NCBI GenBank assembly: GCA_017436325.1
Contig: JAFSDI010000017.1
Span: forward strand, 1-56,630
Direction: 5' to 3'
Length of the DNA: 56,630 bases
Origin: Alphaproteobacteria bacterium
GTDB taxonomy: Bacteria > Pseudomonadota > Alphaproteobacteria > Rs-D84
Shown: positions 19,952 through 28,951 of the stretch, in pieces
Layout of the letters: every line of letters starts with the position of its first letter
Position numbering within the stretch: position 1 is the first letter of the stretch
The notes under the pieces: model-generated
Told to the model about the DNA's origin: nothing
Database searches by the model: none
The model's input: the letters and a program-made list of their open reading frames with translations, nothing else
Program-made: the position numbers and the translations under genes

Positions 19952-20017
19952 ACACAACATATAGTGGTTGTTTATTAAGTTCGATAACAATATATAGTTT
20001 TATTGCTTAATCGGCAA
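19952..20017 (-). promoter_or_regulatory. nrdD promoter with two NrdR boxes
   Basis: The boxes are ACACAACATATAGTGG (19952-19967) and TAACAATATATAGTTT (19985-20000). Both fit the NrdR consensus acaCwAtATaTwGtgt and their starts are 33 nt apart. On the minus strand the promoter TTGCCG-N17-TATATT (20017-19989) has its -10 inside box 2. Confidence 0.6.
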
Positions 20018-20360
20018 TATATAAAAACGCAAAAAAAATTTTTTTTTGCTTTACTTTAAAAAAAGCAGGTTTTCTGCATACTTCAGTGCAATTACAGAAT
20101 CGGTCAATTGGCACGAACTGACCTTTTGTACAATAAAAAGCCGTTTTTTGTCCTAGGATATGATTCGTTTTTGTGTATTTTTACCAGATATAGATACGAA
20201 TCTTTTTCTTTTTTACTATATATTGTAATGATTCGAATCGTATCTGCAATATGGCCTGGATGATTATTAGGTTGTTTTTCCTGATGTATTTGTATATATT
20301 AAAAATATTGTCATTATGGTGATGACAATATAACAAACTATATATCTTAAGGTTTTTATT

Positions 20361-21947
20361 ATGATGAAAAATATATATGAAATGCTGCAAGATGTATGTT
20401 CACGGAATAAAGACGGTATTTTCTTTGTCAGACAGAACGAAACCTATGCAGAATTATTAAAAAAAGTAAAACGCCGCGCAGTATTGCTGGCAGAACGCTT
20501 TGGTATTAAAAAAGGCGATACAGTCGGAATCTTGTCTGGGAATACCCCTGATTTCTTGCGGACATACTTTGCGATTACATCACAAGGTGCGCGCGCATTA
20601 ATGCTGGATACTGGTTTACAGACAACAGAACATATTAATATGATGAAGCGTACTGACTGTAAACTGTTGCTGGCACAAAAGTCATTGTTTATAGATGATG
20701 CGCCCTGTGAAATGTTTGATATCGAAAATATAGACGATACAAATGAAGATAACTTTTTAATGACGCAAACAGAACGCAGTGATATCGCACAATTGTCGTT
20801 TACATCTGGTTCAACTGGAAATCCAAAAGTAGTTGGTCTGACACACGATAACCTGTTGTCTTTATCAGACGGGGCACAATTTTATAAAGACGTAATTCAC
20901 CCCGGGTATACTTTCTATGGATTTTTGCCTTTGTACCATATATATGGTGTTGTAATTAATATCATCGTACCTGTTTCACTGCAGGGAAAGTTGTTGCTGC
21001 AACCAATATTAAAACCACAGGAATTTATCAAGGACTTTAAACAATATAAGCCAGAGGTTATACCGGCAGTGCCACGTATATGGGAAGTTTTCTATAAGAA
21101 AATTGCAGACAGCGCACGCGAAAAACACGTTTGGACACTGATGCGTGTGGTCGTTGCTATGCGCCATGTATTGCGTGCAATCGGTCTGGGGGGGCTGGTA
21201 AAAAAGGTCACAAAACCTGTTCACGATGCATTTGGCGGAAATACAAAGGTTTTGGTGTCGGCCGGCGCAACACTAAAACCATCAATTCGTAAATTCTATG
21301 AAAGTATGGGATTTGTAGTCGGTGATTGCTATGGCCTGACAGAAACAACAGGTCCTGCAAATTTTAACTTTGCATTCCGCCGCGCAGATGGTTCTATGTA
21401 TTATGCAGGCCCGCTGCCAGGAAATGAAATTCAAATCCATAATCCAGATAAACATGGTGTTGGTGAAATTTGGGTTCGTGGAAATATGGTTATGACAGGA
21501 TATCTGGAAAATAACGATGCAAATAAAGAAGCATTTGAAAACGGTTGGTTCAAAACCGGCGATATTGGATGTCTGGATAAATATGGTCGTTTAACTGTAA
21601 AAGGTCGTCAAAAGCAGGTCATCGTTCTGGATAGCGGAAAAAATGTTTATCCAGATGAACTAGAGGACCTGTATATGCAAAATGATGAAATATTGAATGC
21701 GGCGGTCTTTGAATATGTTATCAAAGACAAAACCGTACCGTTTGCAGTATTTCAGGTAAAACCAGGAACAACTGTTGCACGTGTTGCAATGTTACTAAAA
21801 AAATCTAATCTGGCGATTGCGCAGTATAAATGGGTACGACACTTTGCAATTACAGAAGAAGAACTGCCATCAACGTCTGCAAAGAAAGTAAAACATTTTG
21901 CAGTTCGCGATATGCTTAATCACGGCGCATTTACACGGGCAGAATAA
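20361..21947 (+). CDS. AMP-dependent acyl-CoA/acyl-ACP synthetase (long-chain fatty-acid ligase family)
   Basis: The AMP-binding signature is SFTSGSTGNPKVVGLTHDNL. Downstream motifs are ...GYGLTET-like (CYGLTETTG) and ...GWFKTGDIG...GRLTVKGRQK. Confidence 0.75.
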   Translation: MMKNIYEMLQDVCSRNKDGIFFVRQNETYAELLKKVKRRAVLLAERFGIKKGDTVGILSGNTPDFLRTYFAITSQGARALMLDTGLQTTEHINMMKRTDCKLLLAQKSLFIDDAPCEMFDIENIDDTNEDNFLMTQTERSDIAQLSFTSGSTGNPKVVGLTHDNLLSLSDGAQFYKDVIHPGYTFYGFLPLYHIYGVVINIIVPVSLQGKLLLQPILKPQEFIKDFKQYKPEVIPAVPRIWEVFYKKIADSAREKHVWTLMRVVVAMRHVLRAIGLGGLVKKVTKPVHDAFGGNTKVLVSAGATLKPSIRKFYESMGFVVGDCYGLTETTGPANFNFAFRRADGSMYYAGPLPGNEIQIHNPDKHGVGEIWVRGNMVMTGYLENNDANKEAFENGWFKTGDIGCLDKYGRLTVKGRQKQVIVLDSGKNVYPDELEDLYMQNDEILNAAVFEYVIKDKTVPFAVFQVKPGTTVARVAMLLKKSNLAIAQYKWVRHFAITEEELPSTSAKKVKHFAVRDMLNHGAFTRAE

Positions 21948-21961
21948 TAAACCTGAATTAT

Positions 21962-21992
21962 AAAGATGGGGAATTTACCCCCATCTTTTTTT
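21962..21992 (+). terminator. rho-independent terminator
   Basis: AAAGATGGGG-AATTTAC-CCCCATCTTT is followed by a T-run. It lies 15 nt after the stop codon. Confidence 0.75.
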
Positions 21993-22002
21993 ATTCTCCG
22001 TA

Positions 22003-22031
22003 TTGACAAATTGATATAACGTACCTATATT
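22003..22031 (+). promoter_or_regulatory. sigma70-type promoter of the 22062 gene
   Basis: The promoter is TTGACA (22003-22008), a 17-nt spacer, then TATATT (22026-22031). Confidence 0.55.
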
Positions 22032-22061
22032 AATAAACAGGCAGATGAAAGGATTGCAAAT

Positions 22062-22538
22062 ATGCAAAATAATAAAAAAGACAATGCTTTTAGAAAAAAC
22101 ACCCAGACCACTGTTAATTTAGAGGCGCTGGTTATGGCCGGTGCACGTGCCGCGCAAGAACGTGTAAAAATTTTAGGCTATATTTTTGAACTGGAACAAA
22201 GTCTTAGAAACAATCGTCAAGACAGGGAAGATGTTATCGAAACTGAAAATGCAATTAAAAATCATGAGGCACGCCTTGATATGCTAAATCAGACAATCAA
22301 AAATGCAGATGCCGCAAAAAAGAAACTGTTAGATGGTTTGAAATCTCAGAAAGAAGAAATCGAAGACAGAATGGAATTCTATTCAAGAAAAATTGATGCA
22401 TGTACAATCAATATGTATGATAACAGATTTTTAAATGTCGAATCCGACTGTGATGCATATAACGAAGAATATTCACGCCTGTATAACGAATCTAGAAAAA
22501 TCGTGGCGGAAATACATAAAATACAAAATATAAAATGA
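22062..22538 (+). CDS. hypothetical coiled-coil protein
   Basis: An AAAGGA SD lies upstream. The sequence is heptad-rich and charged (…ELEQSLRNNRQDREDVIETENAIKNHEARLDMLNQTIKNADAAKKKLLDGLKSQKEEIEDRME…). No signal peptide and no recognisable family were found. Confidence 0.5.
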   Translation: MQNNKKDNAFRKNTQTTVNLEALVMAGARAAQERVKILGYIFELEQSLRNNRQDREDVIETENAIKNHEARLDMLNQTIKNADAAKKKLLDGLKSQKEEIEDRMEFYSRKIDACTINMYDNRFLNVESDCDAYNEEYSRLYNESRKIVAEIHKIQNIK

Positions 22539-22567
22539 AAAACAGCACCGTTTTGTGCTGTTTTTTT
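22539..22567. terminator. bidirectional terminator between convergent genes
   Basis: AAACAGCAC-CGTTTT-GTGCTGTTT is flanked by A and T runs. It fills the whole gap between the stops at 22538 (+) and 22566 (-). Confidence 0.7.
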
Positions 22568-23807
22568 AATTACATATGACAATATATGGGGGCCTTGATT
22601 TTTCTTGGTTTATCCCACGTTCACCACAATCCATACAATTAAACTTACGATTTTGTGAACGGTTACTGTCCAACATAACAGGAATATCAATCAGTTCTTG
22701 GACACGGTCAATATAAAGCCGATTTGGAAAACCAAAGTAAAAGGCACGTGTACCACCACTGCATTCTGTGGCCAAACCAGGATAACAAGCGGGGTCAGTT
22801 AATTTTTCAGAATCCGGTACACATGCAGCCTGACACGTTTCCATATTGGTTATCAGCTTTTCACAATCTGTACACGATGTTTGCGGAACATGCAGGGTTG
22901 TCCCCAACGCACCAGTTGTTGTTGCGCCAAATATATGATCGCACTTTGTTGTATCACTTATATCGGTCGGGTTAAGCACACATTCCCATTCCAAGGTATT
23001 ATAATTTAAACGCGCAACCATCTTATCAGGACATTGTTTTTCTGGGAATGGACTGATACATTCCCACACGTTTTCAACCATAACCGCAGTTTGATTGTCT
23101 GCACATAGCGGCCTTTTGGATTCGTCTGGTACACACTGATAGGAATCAGAATCCCATATCATATCACCACCACAATCTGTCTTGGTATTAAAACTGATAC
23201 ACTGCCAACGACCAAATCGAAATACTTTTGTAGTACCAACTGGACATTCAACATCTAAGACCTGGGGCGCAACAAATTCAGTTGCGGTATCTGGCAATTC
23301 ATATTGGGTCAAATACACCAGTTGACCTTCTTGCAAACCCATTTCGCTTATAATTTCCTTTGGAACGATTCGCTTAGTCGCAGTTCCGCCAGACATAATC
23401 ATATTTTCATGAAAAATACCGAATGTCCCTGCGTCAGGATAATATTTCTCTAGAACCTCCATCATACTGTTATAATTATCAGGATTAATTGGCGCACTGA
23501 CAGATACTAAATAACTGAATGCAGGCTTTTTATTCCTGACAATCTCGCAGGATGTTTTTTTTAATCTGCTATCCAGACAAATAAATTTACTAATAATCTG
23601 GTTTTGCTGAATGCAAATATCTTGAAAGTCTGTACCGTTAATGTTCGAATTCTGAACCGCTGCAACACACTGGGCAATCGTACGCAGGTCAGACTGAACA
23701 ATCGCATATTCAGTCGTCTGGGTCACAATATTTTGACTGGGGCTGTCCAGTAAATAATAGCCCGCCATAAACAATGCAACTAAAATCATTATAAAAATAT
23801 TCATCAT
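22566..23807 (-). CDS. membrane-anchored Cys-rich extracytoplasmic protein, unknown family
   Basis: An AGAGGGA SD lies upstream. The N-terminal TM anchor is MMNIFIMILVALFMAGYYLL. I count 22 Cys, mostly in the C-terminal 230 aa, with three W-[QE]-C-[IV] modules (RWQCIS, VWECIS, EWECVL). Confidence 0.6.
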   Translation of the reverse strand: MMNIFIMILVALFMAGYYLLDSPSQNIVTQTTEYAIVQSDLRTIAQCVAAVQNSNINGTDFQDICIQQNQIISKFICLDSRLKKTSCEIVRNKKPAFSYLVSVSAPINPDNYNSMMEVLEKYYPDAGTFGIFHENMIMSGGTATKRIVPKEIISEMGLQEGQLVYLTQYELPDTATEFVAPQVLDVECPVGTTKVFRFGRWQCISFNTKTDCGGDMIWDSDSYQCVPDESKRPLCADNQTAVMVENVWECISPFPEKQCPDKMVARLNYNTLEWECVLNPTDISDTTKCDHIFGATTTGALGTTLHVPQTSCTDCEKLITNMETCQAACVPDSEKLTDPACYPGLATECSGGTRAFYFGFPNRLYIDRVQELIDIPVMLDSNRSQNRKFNCMDCGERGINQEKSRPPYIVICN

Positions 23808-23876
23808 TCCCTCTTGCGATTTATAAAAAGTCTAGGTAATATACAAATAAATTGCAACAGGAAATCTGATACTGAT

Positions 23877-24359
23877 ATGAAAAAAGTTTTGCTAAGCCTT
23901 GTTATAATCTGTTTAACAGCATGTGGTTTTAAGCCAATGTTTTCCGGTAATACCACAGATATCTATGTACATCCTATTAGTGGCATTAACGGAATCGATT
24001 TACGTAATGCGCTACGCGCACGGTTCGGTGGCCAACACGGACCAGAATCTGAATATTCACTGCAAATAAACCTGTCCACACCAAATAATCAATACAAGGC
24101 ATTGGAAAAAACAGGTGATGCAACGTGGCAAGAAGTGTCTTTGACCGCATCATACACTTTGACACATAATGGTCAGGTAATCGCAACAGGTACTGAAACA
24201 GCGGCGGAATCATATGTATTTGTTCGATATCTGGTCGCGTCAAATGCATCTTATAATAACGCAATTCAAAATACTATTCAGGTTCTGGCAGAAAAGATTG
24301 GAACACGTACAATCGTTGAAACACAGAAACATTCTGGAATAACATCGGATAAAAATTAA
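23877..24359 (+). CDS. lptE: LPS-assembly lipoprotein LptE-like
   Basis: The start was moved to the ATG at 23877 (MKKVLLSLVIICLTACGFKP), which gives a lipobox LTAC. The protein is about 160 aa and sits immediately upstream of holA with a TAATG overlap, the conserved lptE-holA arrangement. Confidence 0.6.
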   Translation: MKKVLLSLVIICLTACGFKPMFSGNTTDIYVHPISGINGIDLRNALRARFGGQHGPESEYSLQINLSTPNNQYKALEKTGDATWQEVSLTASYTLTHNGQVIATGTETAAESYVFVRYLVASNASYNNAIQNTIQVLAEKIGTRTIVETQKHSGITSDKN

Positions 24360-25348
24360 TGAAATGGCGTGACACTGATTTTAAAACAGGTATATGTGAT
24401 ATTCGTGCCGTGTTAATTTACGGCCCTGATGCGGGTCAAGTTGATGAATACTGCGATATCGCGATCGAAAAACTGGGGGTCGAAAAAGACAATCTGTTTG
24501 CACTGGATTCTAATGAACTTAATGAAAAGTCAGACGCATTGTTTACAGAAGCCTGTAGCCCATCAATGTTTGGTGGTCGTAAAATGGTTTTGATTTCAAA
24601 CGCAGGTGATTCAGATGCAAAAAATATATCTGATCTGGTAAATCATACCGGATTGTGCGCAACTGTTGTTATTGCAGCAGGTGATTTGCGTGCCGGTGGC
24701 GGATTGCGCACTTTGTTTGAAGGCGCAGACAATTTGGCAGCAATCGCATGCTATACCGATGATGCACGTACACTGGCCACATTGATACGAAATGAACTTT
24801 CTGCATCTGCCGGAATCCAACAAATTACCCCAGATGCAATGGCATATATGACATCACACCTGGGGGGGGACAGGGGTATAACACGTGGATTCCTGACAAA
24901 AATCGCCCTGTATGTTAACGATAAACGAATTGTAGAACTGTCTGACGTTGAAAAGTGCCTGCCAGATACGGGGGCGGCGGATATTGATGAATTTTTATAC
25001 TCTTTGACCGCTGGTCACGTTTCACAAACTATGACGGCACTAGATAGATTACTGTATGATAATAAAGAACCTAATATGTTGCTGCGAATGCTGGATAGCC
25101 ATTTTAAAAAACTGCAAAACGCGGTCGTTAATGGTCAATTGCCTAATTTATTTTGGAAGGTTCGTGATAAATTTAATGCAGCAATTAAAATTTGGCCAGA
25201 ATCTGAAATTACTGCTGTATTGATGCGCCTGAATGAACTGGAACGTCAATTACGCACAACAGGAATGCCTGCAGAAATTTTATTGCGCGATTTCGCACTA
25301 AAGTTGTCTGTGCGGGCATATAAATTTGCTGTAAAACGAAGGAATTAA
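24359..25348 (+). CDS. holA: DNA polymerase III subunit delta
   Basis: The size (329 aa), the N-terminal ...VLIYGPDAGQVDEY... and the position after lptE fit HolA. Sequence similarity is weak by eye, so the call rests largely on synteny. Confidence 0.65.
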   Translation: MKWRDTDFKTGICDIRAVLIYGPDAGQVDEYCDIAIEKLGVEKDNLFALDSNELNEKSDALFTEACSPSMFGGRKMVLISNAGDSDAKNISDLVNHTGLCATVVIAAGDLRAGGGLRTLFEGADNLAAIACYTDDARTLATLIRNELSASAGIQQITPDAMAYMTSHLGGDRGITRGFLTKIALYVNDKRIVELSDVEKCLPDTGAADIDEFLYSLTAGHVSQTMTALDRLLYDNKEPNMLLRMLDSHFKKLQNAVVNGQLPNLFWKVRDKFNAAIKIWPESEITAVLMRLNELERQLRTTGMPAEILLRDFALKLSVRAYKFAVKRRN

Positions 25349-25350
25349 TT

Positions 25351-26112
25351 ATGTTAGCATCTGTATACGCACCAAAAGATTTTAAAAGATTACGTGCCGC
25401 AGGCGATGTTGTCGCACGCTGCTTTGACTTTATTTCACCGCATATCAAGGCCGGTATTTCAACAGGCGAAATAGACAGAATGGTTGCACAATTTTTAAAA
25501 GAAAATGGTGCACGCTCTTCGGATTTAGGATATCAGGGATACCCAAAACATATTTGCACATCTGTAAACGATGTTATTGTTCATGGTATACCCAGCGATG
25601 ATTGTATTTTAAAAGATGGTGATATTGTTAATGTAGACCTAACCGCAGAATACAAAGGGTTTCATGGTGACGCATCACGTATGTTCACAATCGGCCGCGT
25701 TTCACAACAGGCACAAAAACTGGTTCAGGTTTGTCAAGACGCATTGAATGCAGCAATTTCTGTATGCGCACCAGGGGTACCACTGTCAGAAATCGGCAAA
25801 ACAATAGAGGCCGTTGTTCATCCACATGGTTTTTCAATTTCACGTGACTTTGTTGGACACGGTATCGGCAAGGTTATGCACGATGAACCACAAATATATC
25901 ATTTTTACGACAAGGTATGGGATAAAGTAAAAATGGTCCCAGGATTGGTATTTACAATCGAACCAATGATAAATACAGGATCTGCGGAATGTAAAATAGA
26001 TGCCGATGGATGGACAGCGCGTACCGTTGATGGCGGTTTGTCCGCCCAATGGGAACACACAATTGGCATTACAGAAGATGGCGCGATTATATTTACTGAA
26101 AAAATAGTCTAG
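25351..26112 (+). CDS. map: type I methionine aminopeptidase
   Basis: The motifs ...GYQGYPKHICTSVNDVIVHGIP...GDIVNVDL...GFHGD.SRMF...HGIGKVMHDEP...FTIEPM...WTA.T.DG.LSAQWEHT are the canonical MetAP metal ligands and layout. Confidence 0.9.
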   Translation: MLASVYAPKDFKRLRAAGDVVARCFDFISPHIKAGISTGEIDRMVAQFLKENGARSSDLGYQGYPKHICTSVNDVIVHGIPSDDCILKDGDIVNVDLTAEYKGFHGDASRMFTIGRVSQQAQKLVQVCQDALNAAISVCAPGVPLSEIGKTIEAVVHPHGFSISRDFVGHGIGKVMHDEPQIYHFYDKVWDKVKMVPGLVFTIEPMINTGSAECKIDADGWTARTVDGGLSAQWEHTIGITEDGAIIFTEKIV

Positions 26113-26121
26113 GGATACGAT

Positions 26122-26826
26122 ATGCCAAAAACAGATCCTGAATTCCATTCCGGACATCGTAGCAGATTAAAACAAAAACTGTTAGACGGTAAATTAACCG
26201 GCTATGAACTGTTGGAACTGTTATTGACATACGCGATACCACGGCGTGATGTACGACCCTTGGCACATAGTTTGGTGAAAAAGTTCGGCAGTGTTTATTC
26301 TGTACTGCACGCGTCTTTTGATGAATTGATTTCTGTATCTGGTATTGGTCACGGTGCGGCGACTATAATAAAATTAGCAAATGAACTGATTTCTGTATCA
26401 TATAAAGAACGTGCAGAAGCAGGTACATATTTGGCAGATGATAAATTTATTAGGGACTATTGCAGAAATTTGGTCGCAGGAAAACCAGTCGAAGAATTTC
26501 ACGTGTTGTATCTGGGAAATGACAGACGTTTATTGTTTGACGAAATACATAGCCATGGAACTATTAATCAATCTGCTGTATACCCGCGTGAGATATCAAG
26601 AAAAGCATTGCAACTGAACGCAATCAGTGTCATCTTGGTTCATAATCACCCCGTATCCGAAAATAATTTTTCAAGCGAAGATACAGCCATAACATCTGTA
26701 ATAGAAGCCTGCTTGAATTCGTTTAGTATTTCATTAATCGATCATTTCTTGGTGACATCTAATGGAATCGTTCATTCATTAAGAGCATCACCATGGCTGA
26801 ACAAATCATCATTTAAATCAATATAA
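26122..26826 (+). CDS. radC: RadC-family JAB/MPN domain protein
   Basis: The N-terminal HhH-like region is GHRSRLKQKLL...ELLELLL, and the JAMM-type motif is ILVHNHPVSENNFSSEDTAIT. Confidence 0.8.
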   Translation: MPKTDPEFHSGHRSRLKQKLLDGKLTGYELLELLLTYAIPRRDVRPLAHSLVKKFGSVYSVLHASFDELISVSGIGHGAATIIKLANELISVSYKERAEAGTYLADDKFIRDYCRNLVAGKPVEEFHVLYLGNDRRLLFDEIHSHGTINQSAVYPREISRKALQLNAISVILVHNHPVSENNFSSEDTAITSVIEACLNSFSISLIDHFLVTSNGIVHSLRASPWLNKSSFKSI

Positions 26827-26829
26827 ATT

Positions 26830-27267
26830 TTATGGATTTATCGGGCCTGTATCATATACATCAAGCCGTTCATACAATTCATCTGTCCCAAGTCTGTTAT
26901 TTCTGGTTTCCAACAATTCATTAAGTTCTGATATCGGGGCACGGATTGTTTTACACCCCTGTGCAAATATGTCATTACCATATAATAAATTTATAATTAA
27001 TCCAAGGGCTGATAATGTGCCGAACAACAATATAAGATTCTTTAGATTGTTAAAAATATCGTTCTTTGCACCGCGTATCATTGATATAGCCCAACCAGTC
27101 AACATCAAGCCTGTAAATACACTGATTATAACCCACGCATATTCCGCAAAAGTTTCAAAACTGCGCAGAATACAAGACGGATCTTCCATATAGATATATA
27201 CATCGTCTGCATACACCCCATAAAAACCCGAATTATTTAAAATCCTTATAATCGTTTCTGTGTTCAT
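26830..27267 (-). CDS. hypothetical two-TM membrane protein
   Basis: The ATG lies 9 nt after the stop of the upstream 27277-28305 gene, suggesting an operon. The hydrophobic segments are WVIISVFTGLMLTGWAISMI and LILLFGTLSALGLIINLLYG. Confidence 0.5.
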   Translation of the reverse strand: MNTETIIRILNNSGFYGVYADDVYIYMEDPSCILRSFETFAEYAWVIISVFTGLMLTGWAISMIRGAKNDIFNNLKNLILLFGTLSALGLIINLLYGNDIFAQGCKTIRAPISELNELLETRNNRLGTDELYERLDVYDTGPINP

Positions 27268-27276
27268 TTATCTGCT

Positions 27277-28305
27277 TTATGCACCCTGCTTTTTTGTGAA
27301 GAACCCAGGAATTGAAAAATCATCATCATTTGCAGCAATACCAGCCCACCCAAATAAATCACCAATTAGGCCACTGTCATCACGTTTCGCCTTCTTGAAT
27401 GGCAATATATTTTTTAATTTTCCAATCTTGCCATGTGATTCATTTTTCTTTGGAACGGATATTGTATCTTCTGTTTCAGCAAATTCAGATGCCAGTTGCG
27501 CCAATGTCGCATCTGTATCTGTATCAATAAAATCATCAAAAGATTCTTCTGAAACAATGTTTGTCTTTTCATCATATTCTGCAATTGATTGGTCTTCACG
27601 TAATGGGGTCATACTTTCCAATAATTGTTCAAGTGTCTTTTCAACCGGTGCAACAGGTGCGTCATCATTAATCATATCAGATATAGAAACAGTTGTTGCA
27701 ACCGTATCACTATCAGTTGCAGGCGCAATCAATTCAGAATCTATGCTGATACTTGATATCACAGGTTCTTCTTCGATTGCTGTAACATTTTCTGTTTCTT
27801 GGTCTGTAACTTCTGAAACAGATTCTGATTCTGAATCTGCGATTTCTGATTGCACTGCTTCGACCCCGGCCACCATTTCAGATGAATCAATGATATCTTC
27901 TTCCTGAACAGATAACACCGATAAAATAGGAATTATTGTGTCTTGTTCGGGTGCAACTGTAGTTGCCGTTTCTGACTGTTGTACATCAATTACTAAATCA
28001 GATTCTTTTTCTGGGGGTTGTGTTGATACATCCGTGGCAGACCCAATAATCTCTGTGACGGACTCATCTGCAACAGCCCCAGAATTTTCACAACAAAATG
28101 TCGCGGTTGGGGTTTCTGATACTGCTGTAATATCTTTTTCGGTCACACTAATGTCTGCAAGTGCATTATCACTGTCAACAGGCACACCAAATAAAATTGT
28201 ATCTTTTCCCAATCCTAATGCAGCACGAACCTGTTCAAAAGCGGCACGAACATCCGTCATATCAAAGACTTCATTCCCTGAAATATAGATAATTTTTGTT
28301 TTCAT
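27277..28305 (-). CDS. highly acidic, low-complexity protein with structured termini, unknown family
   Basis: An AAGGG SD lies upstream. The N-terminal ~45 aa are ordered (MKTKIIYISGNEVFDMTDVRAAFEQVRAALGLGKDTILFGVPVD). The central ~230 aa are D/E/S/T/V-rich. The C-terminus is basic and amphipathic (...GKIGKLKNILPFKKAKRDDSGLIGDLFGWAGIA...). Confidence 0.55.
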   Translation of the reverse strand: MKTKIIYISGNEVFDMTDVRAAFEQVRAALGLGKDTILFGVPVDSDNALADISVTEKDITAVSETPTATFCCENSGAVADESVTEIIGSATDVSTQPPEKESDLVIDVQQSETATTVAPEQDTIIPILSVLSVQEEDIIDSSEMVAGVEAVQSEIADSESESVSEVTDQETENVTAIEEEPVISSISIDSELIAPATDSDTVATTVSISDMINDDAPVAPVEKTLEQLLESMTPLREDQSIAEYDEKTNIVSEESFDDFIDTDTDATLAQLASEFAETEDTISVPKKNESHGKIGKLKNILPFKKAKRDDSGLIGDLFGWAGIAANDDDFSIPGFFTKKQGA

Positions 28306-28388
28306 ATAATTTACCCTTACAATAACACGGGTTTATTATATCACATTTTAATCTTGAACGCATATAAAAAATATCTTAAACTGTAATT

Positions 28389-28601
28389 ATGACAGATATA
28401 AAACAACAAATTTTCCAGGAACTGACTTCATTAGAAGATGCAGCTGCACGACTGCGCGGGACAGCAATACACGCCGGAAAACAAACAGATTTAGAAGTGG
28501 CAATCCTGTCTGAACAAGTGCGCACATTGCGTGATAAAAATGCACGGGCATCAGAAATGATTAATGAAACAATATCAATATTAGAGCGGCTAAAAAAATG
28601 A
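28389..28601 (+). CDS. small coiled-coil protein (zapA-upstream partner, DUF4164-like)
   Basis: This 70-aa helical, charged protein overlaps zapA by 4 nt (ATGA). Its position is the same as the conserved small gene that precedes zapA in alphaproteobacteria, as I recall. Confidence 0.5.
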   Translation: MTDIKQQIFQELTSLEDAAARLRGTAIHAGKQTDLEVAILSEQVRTLRDKNARASEMINETISILERLKK

Positions 28602-28876
28602 GTGTTGTATCAATACCAATCGTTAATAAAAATTACCCCATGGGATGTGAAGATGGACAAGAACATCGTTTAATAGAACTGGGGAAAATGGTTGATGCAC
28701 GGGCGCGTCAGATTTTAGATAAAATTGGGCCCTTGCCAGAAAATTCATTATTGGCGACACTTTGTATTGTCTTGGCAGATGAGGTTTTTAACCGCCCTGC
28801 CCCAGTGGCAACAGATGCTGATTTAAAAGAAATATTGGCGCGCATCCGCGAAATAAAACATAAAATATCCCAGTAA
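28598..28876 (+). CDS. zapA: cell division protein ZapA
   Basis: The sequence MSVVSIPIVNKNYPMGCEDGQEHRLIELGKMVDARARQI...LLATLCIVLADEVF matches the ZapA N-terminal pattern (V.I.G..Y...CEDGQE..L). Confidence 0.8.
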   Translation: MSVVSIPIVNKNYPMGCEDGQEHRLIELGKMVDARARQILDKIGPLPENSLLATLCIVLADEVFNRPAPVATDADLKEILARIREIKHKISQ

Positions 28877-28951
28877 TTAAAATTTAGTGCTGTATAAAAA
28901 TTTTAATCATACAAATACAAGTAACAGAATAATAAAAGTGCTTTTTATCGC

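Noticed and set aside
20305-20328. Inverted repeat ATTGTCAT-N7-ATGACAAT upstream of the acyl-CoA synthetase gene
   Set aside because: It is a plausible operator (for a fatty-acid regulator?), but it is a single 8-bp arm pair in very AT-rich DNA with no second site or known consensus match. That is too weak to report as a feature.
27260-28288. Plus-strand ORFs 27260-27907 (215 aa) and 27938-28288 (116 aa)
   Set aside because: They are antisense to the acidic-protein gene. Their Ser/Thr/Ile-rich low-complexity products mirror the GAx/TCx codon bias. The minus-strand ORF has an SD, spans the whole interval and is coupled to the next gene.
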